From: Bacteroidales bacterium
Lineage (GTDB): Bacteria > Bacteroidota > Bacteroidia > Bacteroidales > UBA10428
Direction: 5' to 3'
DNA length: 64,000 bases
NCBI GenBank assembly: GCA_016935435.1
Contig: JAFGQZ010000026.1
Coordinates: 129,491-193,490 of the forward strand
Part shown: piece by piece, positions 62,736-64,000 of the stretch
Layout of the letters: the number at the start of each line of letters is the position of its first letter
How positions within the stretch are numbered: position 1 is the stretch's first letter
The notes under the pieces: model-generated
The model's database searches: none
Seen by the model: only the letters and a program-made list of their open reading frames with translations
What the model was told of the DNA's origin: nothing
Position numbers and translations under genes: made by a program

Positions 62736-63915
62736 TTTTACTTTTCATTGTTTTAAGAAATTCGTATAAAAATAAAAGGCTGCCAAAAAAACTCACTAAA
62801 GCTGCCAGAAATACCGGGTAGGTGAAACCATTAAAAAAATCGAACAACAGGCCGCCGCTTATTGGCCCGGAAATGCCAGCCAGCGCATAGCCCAAAAAAA
62901 CATAGGGGTATATCCTGCCGAGGTTGTCGGTTCCGTATATTCGGGTAGTTTCTTTTGCAAAAAGCACAAAATTGCCCCCGAACCCAAAACCCGTTAATGC
63001 CGATAATATGATGTATGAACGATGGTTTAAATATTCGGGGCTAAATAAAAAAATTGAAACAGACTGTAGGGCAAGTGCGAGAAAAACACATAAAGCAGCT
63101 GGAACATAATCGCTCAGGAACCCCCAAATAAGCCTGCCAAAAAAATTAGAAACTGCCAGCAGCGAAATACCGGCAATTAGCAAATGGTTAGGGATACTGC
63201 CGGCCCCTCCGATAAGTTTAAGGTTGCCAATAACCAAAAGCCCCGAAAAGGTACCGGCGAATATGCCAAAAAACAGTTTAATAAAACCGGGCGACAATAA
63301 AAAACGGTTGTTGGTGTATTTTTGTGTTTCGACATTATGAAAAGGTTGAAAAATAAATGTTGAAAAGGCAACAATAAGGGTGCCGTATAGCAAACCTGTC
63401 AGGCTGAATACATGAAAAACACTGGCCCCTTTTGATAAAACAATTTCTGAAAGAACAGACATTAGATAAGCCCCCAGGCCGAAGCCGGCGGCTGAAATAC
63501 CTGTAACAAGGCCTTTTCTCCCTGGAAACCATTGTACAGGAACAGTTAGTGCAACCCAGTAGCCTAAACCGGTGGCCAAGCCTGCCAAAATGCTTATGCC
63601 TGAAAAAAGCAACAAAAAATTGCCATTTGAAAATCCGGCCAAAACGTAACCTGCGAGAAACAAAATGCCCGATAAATGCCCGAGGTTCTTTGGCATTATT
63701 TTCTTCGCCAGTTTGTTGGCAAAAATCATTGTTGCCGGAAAAATTGCAATTAAGGCACCAAAAATCAGTTGGGTTTGCGCTGCCGCGAAATTAAACTTTT
63801 CTGTAAGTTCCGACGCCATTATGCTCCAGGCGTAAACACTGCCCAGGCAGAGCATTATCAGGAACGACGAAGATAAGGTTAAGTACTTTTTCACCATCCT
63901 TAACCAGGTTTGCAT
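62722..63915 (-). CDS. MFS transporter (oxalate/formate-antiporter-like)
   Basis: The protein is 397 aa with 12 predicted helices and GSVYAWSI near the N-terminus. Its 3' end overlaps the tsaC start by 14 nt. The true start may be the ATG at 63897. Confidence 0.75.
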   Translation of the reverse strand: MQTWLRMVKKYLTLSSSFLIMLCLGSVYAWSIMASELTEKFNFAAAQTQLIFGALIAIFPATMIFANKLAKKIMPKNLGHLSGILFLAGYVLAGFSNGNFLLLFSGISILAGLATGLGYWVALTVPVQWFPGRKGLVTGISAAGFGLGAYLMSVLSEIVLSKGASVFHVFSLTGLLYGTLIVAFSTFIFQPFHNVETQKYTNNRFLLSPGFIKLFFGIFAGTFSGLLVIGNLKLIGGAGSIPNHLLIAGISLLAVSNFFGRLIWGFLSDYVPAALCVFLALALQSVSIFLFSPEYLNHRSYIILSALTGFGFGGNFVLFAKETTRIYGTDNLGRIYPYVFLGYALAGISGPISGGLLFDFFNGFTYPVFLAALVSFFGSLLFLYEFLKTMKSKNEQP

Positions 63916-64000
63916 AAACTATTTAAAATATCTGTTGAACAGGCAGGTGAAAGGCTTGTAAGCCATTTCCCTGCCTGTTGTTTTGTGTTTTGGGCCCTTC

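Noticed and set aside
1-64000. Mobile element, prophage, defence island, or tRNA/rRNA genes
   Set aside because: I recognised no transposase, integrase, recombinase, reverse transcriptase, nuclease/helicase/ATPase defence architecture, toxin-antitoxin pair or capsid/terminase gene. I saw no tRNA-like T-arm or rRNA sequence in the intergenic regions. The short repeats are reported as repeats only.

Overview
This is a 64-kb chromosomal segment that looks like Bacteroidota. The evidence is a SusC/SusD pair, two T9SS C-terminal sorting domains, ECF-sigma/FecR modules, many lipoprotein-type signal peptides and a TonB-receptor/DUF4249 pair. I support about 50 protein-coding genes. I recognised no rRNA, tRNA, CRISPR array, transposase, integrase, phage gene or classical defence gene. 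All domain calls come from motif recognition by eye; no HMM or BLAST search was possible. Gene content, left to right: (1) Na+-translocating oxaloacetate-decarboxylase-type alpha (partial) and beta subunits. (2) An OlsB/GlsB-like N-acyltransferase next to a fused E1 alpha/beta 2-oxoacid dehydrogenase. (3) A CNNM/CBS transporter and a lectin-like/PD40 propeller protein. (4) Two tandem small lipoproteins in an AT-rich islet. (5) A four-gene cluster of a TIM-barrel protein, a DUF1080 protein and two Gfo/Idh/MocA oxidoreductases. (6) A six-gene ECF-sigma envelope module. (7) A TonB receptor with a DUF4249 partner. (8) A gamma-carbonic-anhydrase-like protein. (9) An 8-Cys protein followed by a DUF362-like membrane protein. 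(10) A MacAB-like efflux operon (adaptor, ATPase, two FtsX permeases) divergent from a sigma54-type NtrC/histidine-kinase pair. (11) An orphan 602-aa membrane protein. (12) mqnB-like, folE and lipid-kinase genes. (13) A 10.7-kb ECF/FecR-controlled SusC/SusD polysaccharide utilisation locus (PUL) with two GH43 enzymes and a mutarotase. (14) VOC, SDR, acyltransferase, BASS-symporter and flavin-reductase genes. (15) A second DUF362-like protein that carries a T9SS sorting domain, co-oriented with a T9SS beta-propeller protein. (16) maa, tsaC/sua5 and an MFS transporter. The most unusual observations are these. The DUF362-like paralog pair: one copy has a polytopic N-terminal anchor plus a T9SS sorting domain and a propeller partner, the other has a Cys-rich partner. 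Modular G/C-hairpin repeats fill the spacers of the efflux/two-component locus and include decayed copies of the last ~30 nt of the FtsX permease genes. The two otherwise diverged permeases share mosaic stretches of nucleotide identity at their 3' ends. A ~77-bp repeat family brackets the PUL in direct orientation. A 72-bp quasi-palindromic element occurs twice in opposite orientation. None of these can be called a new system from sequence alone; each needs database searches and experiments.
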